Below are positions 1 to 8,948 of a stretch of DNA of 30,245 bases, one piece after another. The position numbers were made by a program, and so were the translations under genes. The first letter of the stretch is position 1, and the number at the start of each line of letters is the position of its first letter. This stretch comes from a virus. Taxonomy: Duplodnaviria > Caudoviricetes. The DNA lies in the IMG/VR virus record IMGVR_UViG_3300035633_000175, positions 1 to 30,245 of that record; one strand, 5' to 3'. The notes beneath the pieces are model-generated. The model was given only the letters and a program-made list of their open reading frames with translations, did no database searches and was not told the origin of the DNA.

Positions 1-1
1 A

Positions 2-592
2 GGTGTCGGCGCAGGAGTGTACTTCGACATTCAAATGATCAACAGCGACGGCGGAGCTGACGTGAATAACTTTGACACACTGTCGAATCACCAGGAGGAC
101 AACTTTATGAGTGGTCCTCTTGCTGTCATTGGCCTTGGAAATGCCCGAAAGTATTTCAACAGGCTTGCGGTAGGTAACTTGAACACCAATGCTGGTGTAA
201 ATGTTGCTGAGATTGCTTCCCAGTTCGGAGGTCTTTTGTATAAAGACCAAAGCGCTGCTGTGAACCTTGGAGGTGCCAATCGAGTGATCGTAGCATACCC
301 AGGCTTGACACAGTTTTACGGATACAACCTGTTCAAGGGCGTGTTCGCAAAAGAGACCCCAGACAACCTTATCAAAGGAGTGATGCCTGATAGCGTCTAT
401 CCATTTGAGTGGGACTACTCTATCCGATACGATTCCGGTTGTGTTGGTTCGAATGGCCTACAGGGTGCCTGGGTGGTAACTATCAGCAAGTACTTCGATC
501 TCTTCACTGCTCCTTCAGCTGCGTTTGGCGGCGTCTACTCAGAGTTAGGCGACTTCAACGGGCTTGTAGGATACAATATTACCAGCGCGTAA
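2..592 (+). CDS. Major capsid protein, C-terminal part (5'-truncated by window edge)
   Basis: Frame is open from position 2. The C-terminus (YFDLFTAP..AF....L..FNGLVGY) resembles Bacteroidota-phage capsid proteins. A second structural gene and a strong terminator follow, as expected for highly expressed virion genes. Confidence 0.65.
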   Translation, partial: GVGAGVYFDIQMINSDGGADVNNFDTLSNHQEDNFMSGPLAVIGLGNARKYFNRLAVGNLNTNAGVNVAEIASQFGGLLYKDQSAAVNLGGANRVIVAYPGLTQFYGYNLFKGVFAKETPDNLIKGVMPDSVYPFEWDYSIRYDSGCVGSNGLQGAWVVTISKYFDLFTAPSAAFGGVYSELGDFNGLVGYNITSA

Positions 593-593
593 G

Positions 594-1124
594 ATGGGAG
601 ATTGTAGGAAAGTCATTGACTCATACGTTGAGCTTTTCTGTCAGTTCGAGAGTGGGCGCGTAAATGCGCTCGCTTTCGTTTCTGAAGAGAAGGCCAAAGT
701 TGCTGATGCGACTCCTACTTTATGGTCCGATCCTGCGTTTTGGGTGGATGAAACCTACAGCGGAGATATCGTGATTCATCAAAAAGTTAGCGGAAGCTAT
801 TCAGCAAGCGATACAACAGGTCCAGGCAAAGGAACCCAGACGGAGCGGCTTATAGGCAAGGTTCACACGCTGACCACGAGAGTGGAAAGCGTGAAAGGAA
901 ACAACGCCTATTGGGATGATTTAAATATCAGCCAAGCATATAGGCCCGTCTGGGTTGGAGATTACTACCAAGTGCTAATGGTAGGAACAGCCAACGCCAG
1001 GATCAGCGCGAATATGATCCAAGAGGACGCGCTAGATTCACTCTTGGAATGGGAAGTGGTGTCTATATGGTCAGACATTAGACTACCGCAGACATACGAT
1101 GTTCCTGCGGGAATATTTAACTAG
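594..1124 (+). CDS. Virion structural protein, probable tail-tube-like protein
   Basis: 176 aa, beta-rich, directly after the capsid gene and before the terminator. Pattern (E.GRV.A.AF, GSY, HTL, WEV..W, P.GIF) recalls Bacteroidota phage tube-like proteins. Confidence 0.45.
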   Translation: MGDCRKVIDSYVELFCQFESGRVNALAFVSEEKAKVADATPTLWSDPAFWVDETYSGDIVIHQKVSGSYSASDTTGPGKGTQTERLIGKVHTLTTRVESVKGNNAYWDDLNISQAYRPVWVGDYYQVLMVGTANARISANMIQEDALDSLLEWEVVSIWSDIRLPQTYDVPAGIFN

Positions 1125-1151
1125 GAATCTTTGTTTTGTTAATAAGTAAGT

Positions 1152-1193
1152 AAGAGGGGCTGTTTCAGGCATGGCAGCTCCTTCTTCTTTTTT
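1152..1193 (+). terminator. Rho-independent terminator after the capsid/tube genes
   Basis: AAGAGGGGCTGT-loop-GCAGCTCCTTCTT stem (with G:U pairs) followed by a T-rich tract. Confidence 0.75.
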
Positions 1194-1201
1194 CAACTGA
1201 C

Positions 1202-1777
1202 ATGAAATACGAGCTCAGCCTACTAATATGCACATTACCCTCCCGGGTAGATAAGCTGTCACGCCTTCTTTCCGTGCTGCTTCCTCAGTGCGTTAACCAT
1301 TCTGTTCAGGTGCTTTACCTAGGCGATAACAAGTCTATGCCTGTAGGCACCAAAAGAAACATGCTCCTACAAAGCGCACAGGGCGAGTATATCGCATTTA
1401 TAGACGACGATGATATGGTAAGTGCAGAATATGTAGATCGTCTCATACAAGCTACCAAAACACGTCCAGCGTGCATTTCCTTTAAAGTGCAGATGTATAT
1501 CAATGAAACACCGTCCAAACAGCAACGGTTTTTCAAAGATGTGCGCATTCCGTACCTGGACCCTACATTAAAATTTTACAAGCTACCCCCCAACCACCTT
1601 TGCGCATGGAGACGCGACGTGGTTAAAGAGCAATTCCAAGACATCTCGCTATCAGAGGACCATCGCTGGGCAGAAGCGCAGCTTATGCACTACAAAGACT
1701 TCCATAACATAGACGAAGTCTTGTATCACTATTACTACAACCAAAACGAAAGCGAAACGCACAAGAGACATGGTTAA
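1202..1777 (+). CDS. Glycosyltransferase family 2 (GT-A fold)
   Basis: N-terminal LSLLICT strand, G.KRN.LL..A.GEYIAFIDDDD (DxD motif), and late EDxxW motif. Confidence 0.85.
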   Translation: MKYELSLLICTLPSRVDKLSRLLSVLLPQCVNHSVQVLYLGDNKSMPVGTKRNMLLQSAQGEYIAFIDDDDMVSAEYVDRLIQATKTRPACISFKVQMYINETPSKQQRFFKDVRIPYLDPTLKFYKLPPNHLCAWRRDVVKEQFQDISLSEDHRWAEAQLMHYKDFHNIDEVLYHYYYNQNESETHKRHG

Positions 1778-2456
1778 CATATTCCAATCATACTACCTCA
1801 ACAAGGAACGCCAGACAGAGCTACAGTTTTGCTTGATGCAGAATATAGTAATGGCAGACCGCGTGATAGTGCTGGACGAGACAGAAAGGCAGTTCTATAC
1901 CCCTGAAGGCTGTGAAGGCAAGGTAATTTGTGTGCCTTTCGATCACAGGCCTACATATCAAGACTTTTTTGACCTCGCAAAGGATTACCCGAACGATGTC
2001 AACGCTATTATAAACTCAGACATCTACTTCGACGACTTGAGCCCGCTTGCTAACATCACCACACAGCAATGCTATGCGCTGACCAGGTGGGAGCATACAG
2101 CAGACGGGCAGCTGACAGACTTCGAGTCAGCAAACAGGCAGCCAGCAGAGTGGTCGCAGGACGCATGGGTATTTCGAGGCGTTCCACGTGTAACCGGATG
2201 CGATTGGGTGCAGGCAAATAATCAAAAGACCGGGGAGCGTTCCAAGATACCGTTCACAATGGGTGTGCCTGGCTGTGACAATCATATAGCCTGGTTACTT
2301 AAAAATAAGTTTCACTACAATGTGCTCAACCCGTGTAAGCGGATTAAGGCTTGCCATTATCATACAGAAGAAGCAAGAGACTACGGAACAGATTATCGAA
2401 TAACAGGGGATGCGCATACGCAATGGGGCAACCTGCAACAAATACCACCGTCATGA
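1770..2456 (+). CDS. Putative glycosyltransferase-like protein (GT-A-like, unassigned family)
   Basis: IINSDIYFD (DxD-like), ALTRW, SQDAWVF, GCDN and H.H motifs. Overlaps both neighbours in the cassette. Confidence 0.5.
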   Translation: MVNIFQSYYLNKERQTELQFCLMQNIVMADRVIVLDETERQFYTPEGCEGKVICVPFDHRPTYQDFFDLAKDYPNDVNAIINSDIYFDDLSPLANITTQQCYALTRWEHTADGQLTDFESANRQPAEWSQDAWVFRGVPRVTGCDWVQANNQKTGERSKIPFTMGVPGCDNHIAWLLKNKFHYNVLNPCKRIKACHYHTEEARDYGTDYRITGDAHTQWGNLQQIPPS

Positions 2457-3382
2457 AGATAGTACACCTAGGACTAACAGTAAACGGCAGAGGCGAAGGA
2501 TTAAGCGCAGCATTTAAAAAAGCAGCTTCTGAATACCTGGAATACAGGGTAGACGCAGACCTGCTGGAGCATCTTAAGCGTTTGCCTTGGGTTCCGGATA
2601 TTATTTTCATGCAGATCCAGTCGGACAGAATCGGAGATTTGGATACGCCTGAAGCGCTGAATAGCCAGCTGGCGCACTACAGAAATCAAGGCTGTCTAGT
2701 TATTAACTGGACCGGAGACATAAGAGATCATATACCCGGCTGGATGCTACGCATGAGCGCAGATTATACTTGTTTTAGCAACGAGCGTGACGTGCTGCAG
2801 ATAGCTAAGCCTTCAGCATACTTGCAGATAGGCATTGACCCGGAAGTATTTAAAACACATGACACCAGCGAGGATGTGCCTGCTTGGGACGTTGTGTTCA
2901 TGGGCAATGATTATCGCAATATGTTCCCACTAGGCGCATTTAGGCGCAGCGTAGTGGACTACGTTAAGAAAAGACCGAACAGCGCTGTGTATGGCAATTA
3001 CAGTGGGGCAGTGGAGTTACTAGCCCCAGACCCAAACAACCCAGGCCCAGTGCAGCGAAAAGAGAGCCAAATCTATAACCGATGCAAAATAGCACTATCA
3101 GTCAGCCACTTTCAAATAGATAGATACACCAGCGACAGGCTACTGAGAGCAATGGGCTCCGGTGCTTTTGTGTTAGCGCACCACTATCCTGGCATAGAAA
3201 AAGACTTTAAGCCGGGCATTCATTTGGATACTTTTAAGAGTTTTAGCGAGATGGATGCGAAGATTGCACATTACCTGGAAAACAAGGAACAACGCGAGCA
3301 GATAGCAATAGAAGGGCAAAAGCGTGTCCATAAGTTTTTCACTTACGATAACATGGTTCAAAACATAATTAGAATGAAATGA
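2453..3382 (+). CDS. GT-B glycosyltransferase, CgeB/Glyco_trans_1_2-like
   Basis: Start reassigned to ATG 2453 (ATGA overlap). DVVFMGN, IYNRCKIALS, YTSDRLLRAMGSGAFVL and C-terminal R..IA..G..RV...FTY motifs. Confidence 0.8.
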   Translation: MKIVHLGLTVNGRGEGLSAAFKKAASEYLEYRVDADLLEHLKRLPWVPDIIFMQIQSDRIGDLDTPEALNSQLAHYRNQGCLVINWTGDIRDHIPGWMLRMSADYTCFSNERDVLQIAKPSAYLQIGIDPEVFKTHDTSEDVPAWDVVFMGNDYRNMFPLGAFRRSVVDYVKKRPNSAVYGNYSGAVELLAPDPNNPGPVQRKESQIYNRCKIALSVSHFQIDRYTSDRLLRAMGSGAFVLAHHYPGIEKDFKPGIHLDTFKSFSEMDAKIAHYLENKEQREQIAIEGQKRVHKFFTYDNMVQNIIRMK

Positions 3383-4116
3383 AGATAGGGCAGGACACAA
3401 TAAAGACAATGGCATTTATACCTCTACACTATGGTTCAGACTATTTGCGCCTGGTGCTGCAAGCTATAGACCCGTTCGTGGACGACATACTGATTCTTTA
3501 CACCAAATACCCAAGCTATGGGCATCGCGGAAATATCCATAACCCGGACACTATGGAGCAACTACAAAAAATCTGTAGGCCGTTCAAGAAAGTGATCTGG
3601 GTGGATGTCACAGGCGTGCAGCAGGAGAACCAGCATCGCAAGATGGCAGAGCGGTACATCCAGCAAAACAACCTCACTTATGACTTGATCTTGTCTGTAG
3701 ACGCAGACGAAATATGGAACCCGGAGAAGCTGCCGGAAGCACTGCACGCAGCCTATAACAGTGGATACCATGCGCACGGCATTGGAGGAGATTGCTGGTG
3801 GCATTTCTGGAAAGGCACAAAAGAGGTGAACAGAGACGGCTTCTATCCGATAAGGCTATTTAATCTGAACAACTACGTTAAGAATGAAACCATAATCCAC
3901 AAAGGAGAGATTTATCACATGGGCTATGCTATACGCCCGGAAATGATGGAATACAAGCTGAGCTGTCACGGACATAAAAGCGAGCTATTTCCTAATTGGT
4001 TTCAGGATAAGTGGGTAAATTATGAGCGCGGCGTTACAAAGCAGCTACATCCAGTCAGTAAAGACATTTGGATAGAAACGGAAGACTTCACAGGAAAACT
4101 ATGGTGGACATCGTAA
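3379..4116 (+). CDS. Glycosyltransferase family 2-like protein
   Basis: L.AI.PFVDDILI strand, ILSVDADEIW (DxD), IRLF and IYHMGY motifs. ATGA overlap with the upstream gene. Confidence 0.75.
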   Translation: MKIGQDTIKTMAFIPLHYGSDYLRLVLQAIDPFVDDILILYTKYPSYGHRGNIHNPDTMEQLQKICRPFKKVIWVDVTGVQQENQHRKMAERYIQQNNLTYDLILSVDADEIWNPEKLPEALHAAYNSGYHAHGIGGDCWWHFWKGTKEVNRDGFYPIRLFNLNNYVKNETIIHKGEIYHMGYAIRPEMMEYKLSCHGHKSELFPNWFQDKWVNYERGVTKQLHPVSKDIWIETEDFTGKLWWTS

Positions 4117-4586
4117 AACAACTCGAAGCAAGAAATATTCCAATAGAAGGAGAGCACTATGTCTTCCTGGCACAACAGTGCTTAGGTAAGGGGCTGGTTT
4201 TTGATGTAGGCACACATAAAGGCTACAGCGCTTATGCTATGAGTTTAACCGCAGAGGAAGTCTGGAGCTTTGACATAAACCACGATCAGCTAGAAATCAA
4301 ATCACATAACATTGAGTATTTAATTCAAGCGGACTTCACAGAAAATGTTGCGCTTATGCAAGCGGAGCTGATACTAATTGATGTAGACCCGCATGCTGGA
4401 GCTATCGAGAAGTATTTTCTAGAGCAGCTGAGGTACCGCGAATGGAAAGGAATTGTGCTTCTGGATGATACAGAGCTAAACGAACCCATGCAGGAGCTAT
4501 GGGCCTGGGCAGGGCAGACATTCAAAAACACAAAGCGAATTATAGATGCTCATTACACAGGAACAGGAATGATTCAAATAGAATAG
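4101..4586 (+). CDS. Class I SAM-dependent methyltransferase (Methyltransf_24-like, probable O-methyltransferase)
   Basis: VFDVGTHKGYSA motif I, SFDI motif II, LILIDVDPH, GIVLLDD, TGTG. Start reassigned to ATG 4101. Confidence 0.8.
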   Translation: MVDIVKQLEARNIPIEGEHYVFLAQQCLGKGLVFDVGTHKGYSAYAMSLTAEEVWSFDINHDQLEIKSHNIEYLIQADFTENVALMQAELILIDVDPHAGAIEKYFLEQLRYREWKGIVLLDDTELNEPMQELWAWAGQTFKNTKRIIDAHYTGTGMIQIE

Positions 4587-4600
4587 TTATCTTTAATGTC

Positions 4601-5188
4601 GTGAACGCGGTTGTGCTTATAGAAAACAGATACGACGCGGCGCCAATAATGGAGCAGCACAGCGCCTTCCTGCCTTCGGACTGGAAGCGTATAATATACG
4701 ACCTCCTAAGCATCCGAACGCTTCTTGAATACAATCAGCTTTTAACTAAGCCGTCTTTTTGGGAACAGCTAAGCGATTATAACCGCGTGTTAATTATACA
4801 GCACGATAGCCAGCTCCTGCGGCCCGGGATAGAAGAGTTCTTACAGTGGGACTATGTAGGTGCGCCTTGGAGGGAGCGTTCGCCTTGGGCCAGGACAGAT
4901 AGAGCAGGAGGAAACGGAGGGCTAAGCCTAAGAAACCCAATACTTTGCAGAGAGCTTTGCTGGGTGTACCCGTATAATCCAAGCATGGGCAATGAAGACG
5001 TCTACTTCACACACAATTTGGAAATGGTAGAAGGCAAAGTTGCTCCCTACGAAGTCTGCAAAAAATTCAGCGTAGAAACGGAGTTCGCTTTAGGCACGCT
5101 AGGCCACCACGCGGCTCACCTTCACTTAACAAAAGATCAATTCCGTCAAATTGAGCAGCAATATGCCAAGCAACCAGAGACCGTTTAG
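4601..5188 (+). CDS. DUF5672-like glycosyltransferase-related protein
   Basis: VLIIQHDS, FLQWDYVGAPW, GGNGGLSLRN, NEDVYF and FSVE motifs. Start uncertain (GTG 4601 chosen). Confidence 0.7.
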   Translation: MNAVVLIENRYDAAPIMEQHSAFLPSDWKRIIYDLLSIRTLLEYNQLLTKPSFWEQLSDYNRVLIIQHDSQLLRPGIEEFLQWDYVGAPWRERSPWARTDRAGGNGGLSLRNPILCRELCWVYPYNPSMGNEDVYFTHNLEMVEGKVAPYEVCKKFSVETEFALGTLGHHAAHLHLTKDQFRQIEQQYAKQPETV

Positions 5189-5212
5189 CTGGACAACCTT
5201 AAATAAATTTAT

Positions 5213-6169
5213 ATGATTAGCTGTTTAATAGATTACATAGGCTTGCGCTCCGTTACAGACGGAGTAAGCGGAAGAACTGTTAACGAGCTTCCTGGTATTA
5301 TCACAGAACAGATTGATCAGTCCAGAGCTACAGAGCTGTACAATACAGAAACAGCATGGAACGAGATACAGGACAGAGCGATTCGCAAGTTCGAGAAGCA
5401 GCTGAACACATGGGCTGTCAAGTATTATGATAACTATAGCTACATGGATAGTGAGGTTACTGGGCAAATTGACACCAACACAGATATAGCTTCTTTGGAC
5501 GTACTACAAGGGTGGATGTTTGACAGCTTTGCTTCTCAGTGGAAGAACATGAAGTTGATCCTGCAATTCGCTGAAGTCTATGCTAGACAGGCTGTTAGTA
5601 GTAAAATCTATGTTTACAATGCTACTACAGGAGACAAGCTTAGCGAAACCTCACACGACTTCACAATAGGGCTTAATAGAATAATGCTTCGTAAAGAGTA
5701 CCCGTTCTGGAAATATCCAAAGCTGTTTATTGGTTATGATGCTAGCGAGGTGCAAAGCAAGCAGTTCTCAGACCTCACATTCAGTGACAGTATCAACGTA
5801 GCAAAAAAACAGGTGAGCAAATCTGCAGCAGTTGTAGACGCTAACCTTACAGCGGCAGCGCCGGTAGGCATGGCTTTGTCTTTCTCTGTGGAGTGCTCGC
5901 TGGACAACTACGTATGTCAAAGGATAGCGCTTTTTGAAGAGCCGTTCATGTACATGCTAGGTATCGAGTTTTGCAACGAAATTATTTTTAGTAACAGGCT
6001 AAACAGATACACGCTACTGGACAGGGAGGAAGCTGAGAAACTGCGCGACTACCTAAAAGAGGAGCAAGAGAGCCAGCTGAAAGGAGTGCTTACCGGTCTA
6101 CGCATGAGAAATAACGATTATTGTTTCAATTGCGCTGGGGCTGTTACTAACAAAATACTGCTGCCGTGA
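5213..6169 (+). CDS. Virion structural protein (head-tail adaptor/neck candidate)
   Basis: CL.DYIGL...SG...N.LPGI N-terminus and Cys-containing C-terminus resemble Bacteroidota phage structural proteins. Lies before the morphogenesis gene. Confidence 0.45.
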   Translation: MISCLIDYIGLRSVTDGVSGRTVNELPGIITEQIDQSRATELYNTETAWNEIQDRAIRKFEKQLNTWAVKYYDNYSYMDSEVTGQIDTNTDIASLDVLQGWMFDSFASQWKNMKLILQFAEVYARQAVSSKIYVYNATTGDKLSETSHDFTIGLNRIMLRKEYPFWKYPKLFIGYDASEVQSKQFSDLTFSDSINVAKKQVSKSAAVVDANLTAAAPVGMALSFSVECSLDNYVCQRIALFEEPFMYMLGIEFCNEIIFSNRLNRYTLLDREEAEKLRDYLKEEQESQLKGVLTGLRMRNNDYCFNCAGAVTNKILLP

Positions 6170-6579
6170 TACCTGAGCAAATAGCGATAAGAAAACTACT
6201 GACCGACGAGGTGGAGAAAAAAGTGTTCTTCACGCTGCACCAGCAAGTCAAGACGCGTATCTTTGACCAGGGCCAGGATGCTTCCGGATCACAGATAGGC
6301 AGGTATTCAAAAGCGTACCTCAAGAAGCGAAGCAAGAAAGGGTATTCCGGAGACAAAGTAGTGCTGGAATTTACCGGGCAAATGAAGAACGACTTCCAGC
6401 TGGTAGCAAACCCTCAAGGAGGCCTGTCTTCGGGCTTTTTAAACAAGCACAACGGCGATAAAAGCTTCTGGGTAGAGGAAACGTACGGGAAAGAAATATT
6501 TAAGCTTACAGCGCAGGAAATACAGCTTATAGACAAGCTGTACGACGCGGAATTAAACAGGATACTCAATGAATCGTAA
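6166..6579 (+). CDS. Phage virion morphogenesis / neck protein
   Basis: RIF..G.D..G..IG.YS..Y.K.R...G....V.L.FTGQM motif typical of this family. Confidence 0.6.
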   Translation: MIPEQIAIRKLLTDEVEKKVFFTLHQQVKTRIFDQGQDASGSQIGRYSKAYLKKRSKKGYSGDKVVLEFTGQMKNDFQLVANPQGGLSSGFLNKHNGDKSFWVEETYGKEIFKLTAQEIQLIDKLYDAELNRILNES

Positions 6580-8665
6580 CATCAATCAAATATTACAGGA
6601 TGTCAATTCTGTGCTTGCTGGTGTGCCGGTTCAGAACCCTGTGTTCTACGGGCTAGCTGTACTGCAGCAAAGAGACAACAAGACATATCCGATGGTTCGT
6701 ATATCTGATACGGAAGGCCAGTGGATTAGTCCTCAAGACACGCAAGGACTGATGTTCTATCACAGGATCATAAGCCAGCGGAACGAGCCTATCAGCGGAA
6801 AAGGAGCAGACGACTATCATATCTGTTACTATAGCATGAGGCTGGTAGCTATTGGCTACAGGCCCAATATCACAACGGGCGCAGATTGGAACAACGAGGA
6901 TCAAGCTAGATATGCACAGAAAGTAATTAGCGAATCCGGCAGGCTGTCAGGGTCGGAAATAATGATGGTACAAGGCCAAACAGTCACAGACAAGGTCGCT
7001 GTGCTAAACACAGAGTTCGCAGGACACAACATGAAGCACCTGGCGCTGGATCTAGTGGCTTACAGTGTTGAGTACATTATCAAGCAGAGAGTGATCAGCG
7101 CCGGAGTTGCTCCGGATCCTCCTTCGCCTCTTGTCTCTTTTCAATATACTAATAACGGACAAGGACCTATTGAAGGAGCAAACTTTGTTACTATGGTTCC
7201 GGAGGTGTCTCCTGCTGGCGGTGATAGATCTTACAAGTTAGACGCAAACGATACTCTTCCAGCCGGTTTGAGTCTAAACGAAACCACCGGCATTATAACT
7301 AGAACAGGAACAATCCCTGACGGATCGTATTCTTTTGATGTGATATTGGTTGTTACAGGAGCGGTCTTAGGTGTAGCGGCAGTAAATGTCACGCTAGAGG
7401 TCCAGGTCGCTCCGAGTGGTGTATCCGTGGTCTTATCTGGATCTGCAGATGGATCCATGGAGTCTGAGATTGTGGCGGGAGGTAATACTATTATATGCAC
7501 TATGAGTGGATCCACCTGGGCGGCTACCATTGGTGATGATAATGCGATCACTTCAGCCTTTATTGCTGGCATTGTTGGGAGCCAGTCTGCTGGGCTAATA
7601 GCTTCAGCAACGATCTATACAAACGTAGTAAGGACATCGGATACCGTGGTAACTATCACGCTGCCTGCTGTGGCTGGGTACACTCTGCCCTCTGGCCAAG
7701 ACGATATTACCATCTCCGTGCCAGCCTCAGCTGTGGTCTCTGGAGACGCGGTGAGTAGTACTGCTGTGAGCGTAAAGCAGCCAGTGCAGTATCACGGCGT
7801 GGATTTTCCTGCTAGGTCTAAGGCACTGACGCTGTATGTTAATAGTCAAATAGGTGGTGATCAGTTTATTGATGATGTTAGCTACTACCTAGGGTTCTAT
7901 CTAGGGAAAAGCTCAGGAGATCCTTTGAAGGTTGTGTACTCAGATGGGACGGTTCAAACTTACGCCGTAAACACTTATCCTAGCACAAGCACCGACCTAC
8001 ATAGGGTATACGCAAAGCCTCTAGATATTATCTATATCGTATCAACAGACGACTGGCAAGACTTTCATCGGTTCCAAACTAGGTCAAGTAGTTTTTATGA
8101 TAATTTTCACAAACAAGCACCTGATTTTGGTGATTGCTTGCAGCTTGAGACGATCATATGGAACAGGAATAATCAAATCGGCGGCTGGGAGAATGAGGAA
8201 GGGCTTTACAACTGCCCTATAAAAGATATTAGGCTAAACAATAGCGGCAGTGTTTGGCCGACTTTTATGCCCGATGATAGAATGGCTCAAAATTGGGACT
8301 TAGAGAGATTTGAGACTGATGCTGTAAACGTTTACGGGGTCATCAGTGTGGCAGGATGGGGCGGCATGACCAATTTTACATACTGGAGAACCCGTAACGC
8401 TCAAAATTCTCAGCTTTTCTATGAAAAAGGAGCATTCGCAAATATGCCAAACCTTAGTTATCTAGAATTTCAAAGGAATACATTTCCAGCCGCCTCCATG
8501 GATGATATAATTCAGGATATAGATGATTCTGGATCAACTAACGGCACACTGATATTAACAAACTTAAATGGCCAGTCGCCTACATCTGACGCTTACGATG
8601 CATACAATAATTTAATCACAAAAGGGTGGACAATCACAGGAGTGACACCTCCATCCCCACCATAA
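6569..8665 (+). CDS. Multidomain structural protein: tail-completion-like N-domain, Ig-like domains and LRR-like C-domain
   Basis: About 178-aa N-domain, PDPPSP linker, LPAGLSLNETTGII (putative Ig motif), Ser/Thr/Val-rich beta segment, LxxLxxxxN-like repeats, and a L..KGWT.T C-cap. Confidence 0.55.
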   Translation: MNRNINQILQDVNSVLAGVPVQNPVFYGLAVLQQRDNKTYPMVRISDTEGQWISPQDTQGLMFYHRIISQRNEPISGKGADDYHICYYSMRLVAIGYRPNITTGADWNNEDQARYAQKVISESGRLSGSEIMMVQGQTVTDKVAVLNTEFAGHNMKHLALDLVAYSVEYIIKQRVISAGVAPDPPSPLVSFQYTNNGQGPIEGANFVTMVPEVSPAGGDRSYKLDANDTLPAGLSLNETTGIITRTGTIPDGSYSFDVILVVTGAVLGVAAVNVTLEVQVAPSGVSVVLSGSADGSMESEIVAGGNTIICTMSGSTWAATIGDDNAITSAFIAGIVGSQSAGLIASATIYTNVVRTSDTVVTITLPAVAGYTLPSGQDDITISVPASAVVSGDAVSSTAVSVKQPVQYHGVDFPARSKALTLYVNSQIGGDQFIDDVSYYLGFYLGKSSGDPLKVVYSDGTVQTYAVNTYPSTSTDLHRVYAKPLDIIYIVSTDDWQDFHRFQTRSSSFYDNFHKQAPDFGDCLQLETIIWNRNNQIGGWENEEGLYNCPIKDIRLNNSGSVWPTFMPDDRMAQNWDLERFETDAVNVYGVISVAGWGGMTNFTYWRTRNAQNSQLFYEKGAFANMPNLSYLEFQRNTFPAASMDDIIQDIDDSGSTNGTLILTNLNGQSPTSDAYDAYNNLITKGWTITGVTPPSPP

Positions 8666-8678
8666 AAAAATAGGAATT

Positions 8679-8942
8679 ATGATAATAGAACCTCAAAATG
8701 TCACCGTGAGAAACGGTGAAATAACATACAAGATGCTGACTCATAATGAGCCTTTTTTTGCATTGGGATATACAGCTGACAAGGTGGTTCGGTTGCTCAC
8801 CAGAGAGGCCCAGCCCGCTGACTCAGCGATATCTAGCCAAGTGATCGATGGCTTTGGTGCCACCACTTTCGAAGAGCTCCTGAATGAGGCGGATGCGCGT
8901 GGATTAATAATCCCGCCTAATCTAATGGTTGATATTGACTAA
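8679..8942 (+). CDS. Hypothetical protein (possible accessory/chaperone of the upstream fibre-like protein)
   Basis: 87-aa ORF with A-rich leader directly after the fibre-like gene. Confidence 0.5.
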   Translation: MIIEPQNVTVRNGEITYKMLTHNEPFFALGYTADKVVRLLTREAQPADSAISSQVIDGFGATTFEELLNEADARGLIIPPNLMVDID

Positions 8943-8948
8943 AACAGC

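Noticed and set aside
4101-4586. DNA methyltransferase
   Set aside because: Lacks DPPY/NPPY or PC catalytic motifs. Size and context fit a small-molecule or sugar O-methyltransferase.
5163-5216. 17-codon ORF (MPSNQRPFSW...) bridging the cassette and the next structural gene
   Set aside because: Too short to support, although its stop overlaps the next ATG.
6569-8665. Diversity-generating retroelement target
   Set aside because: No reverse transcriptase and no template/variable repeat pair seen in the window.
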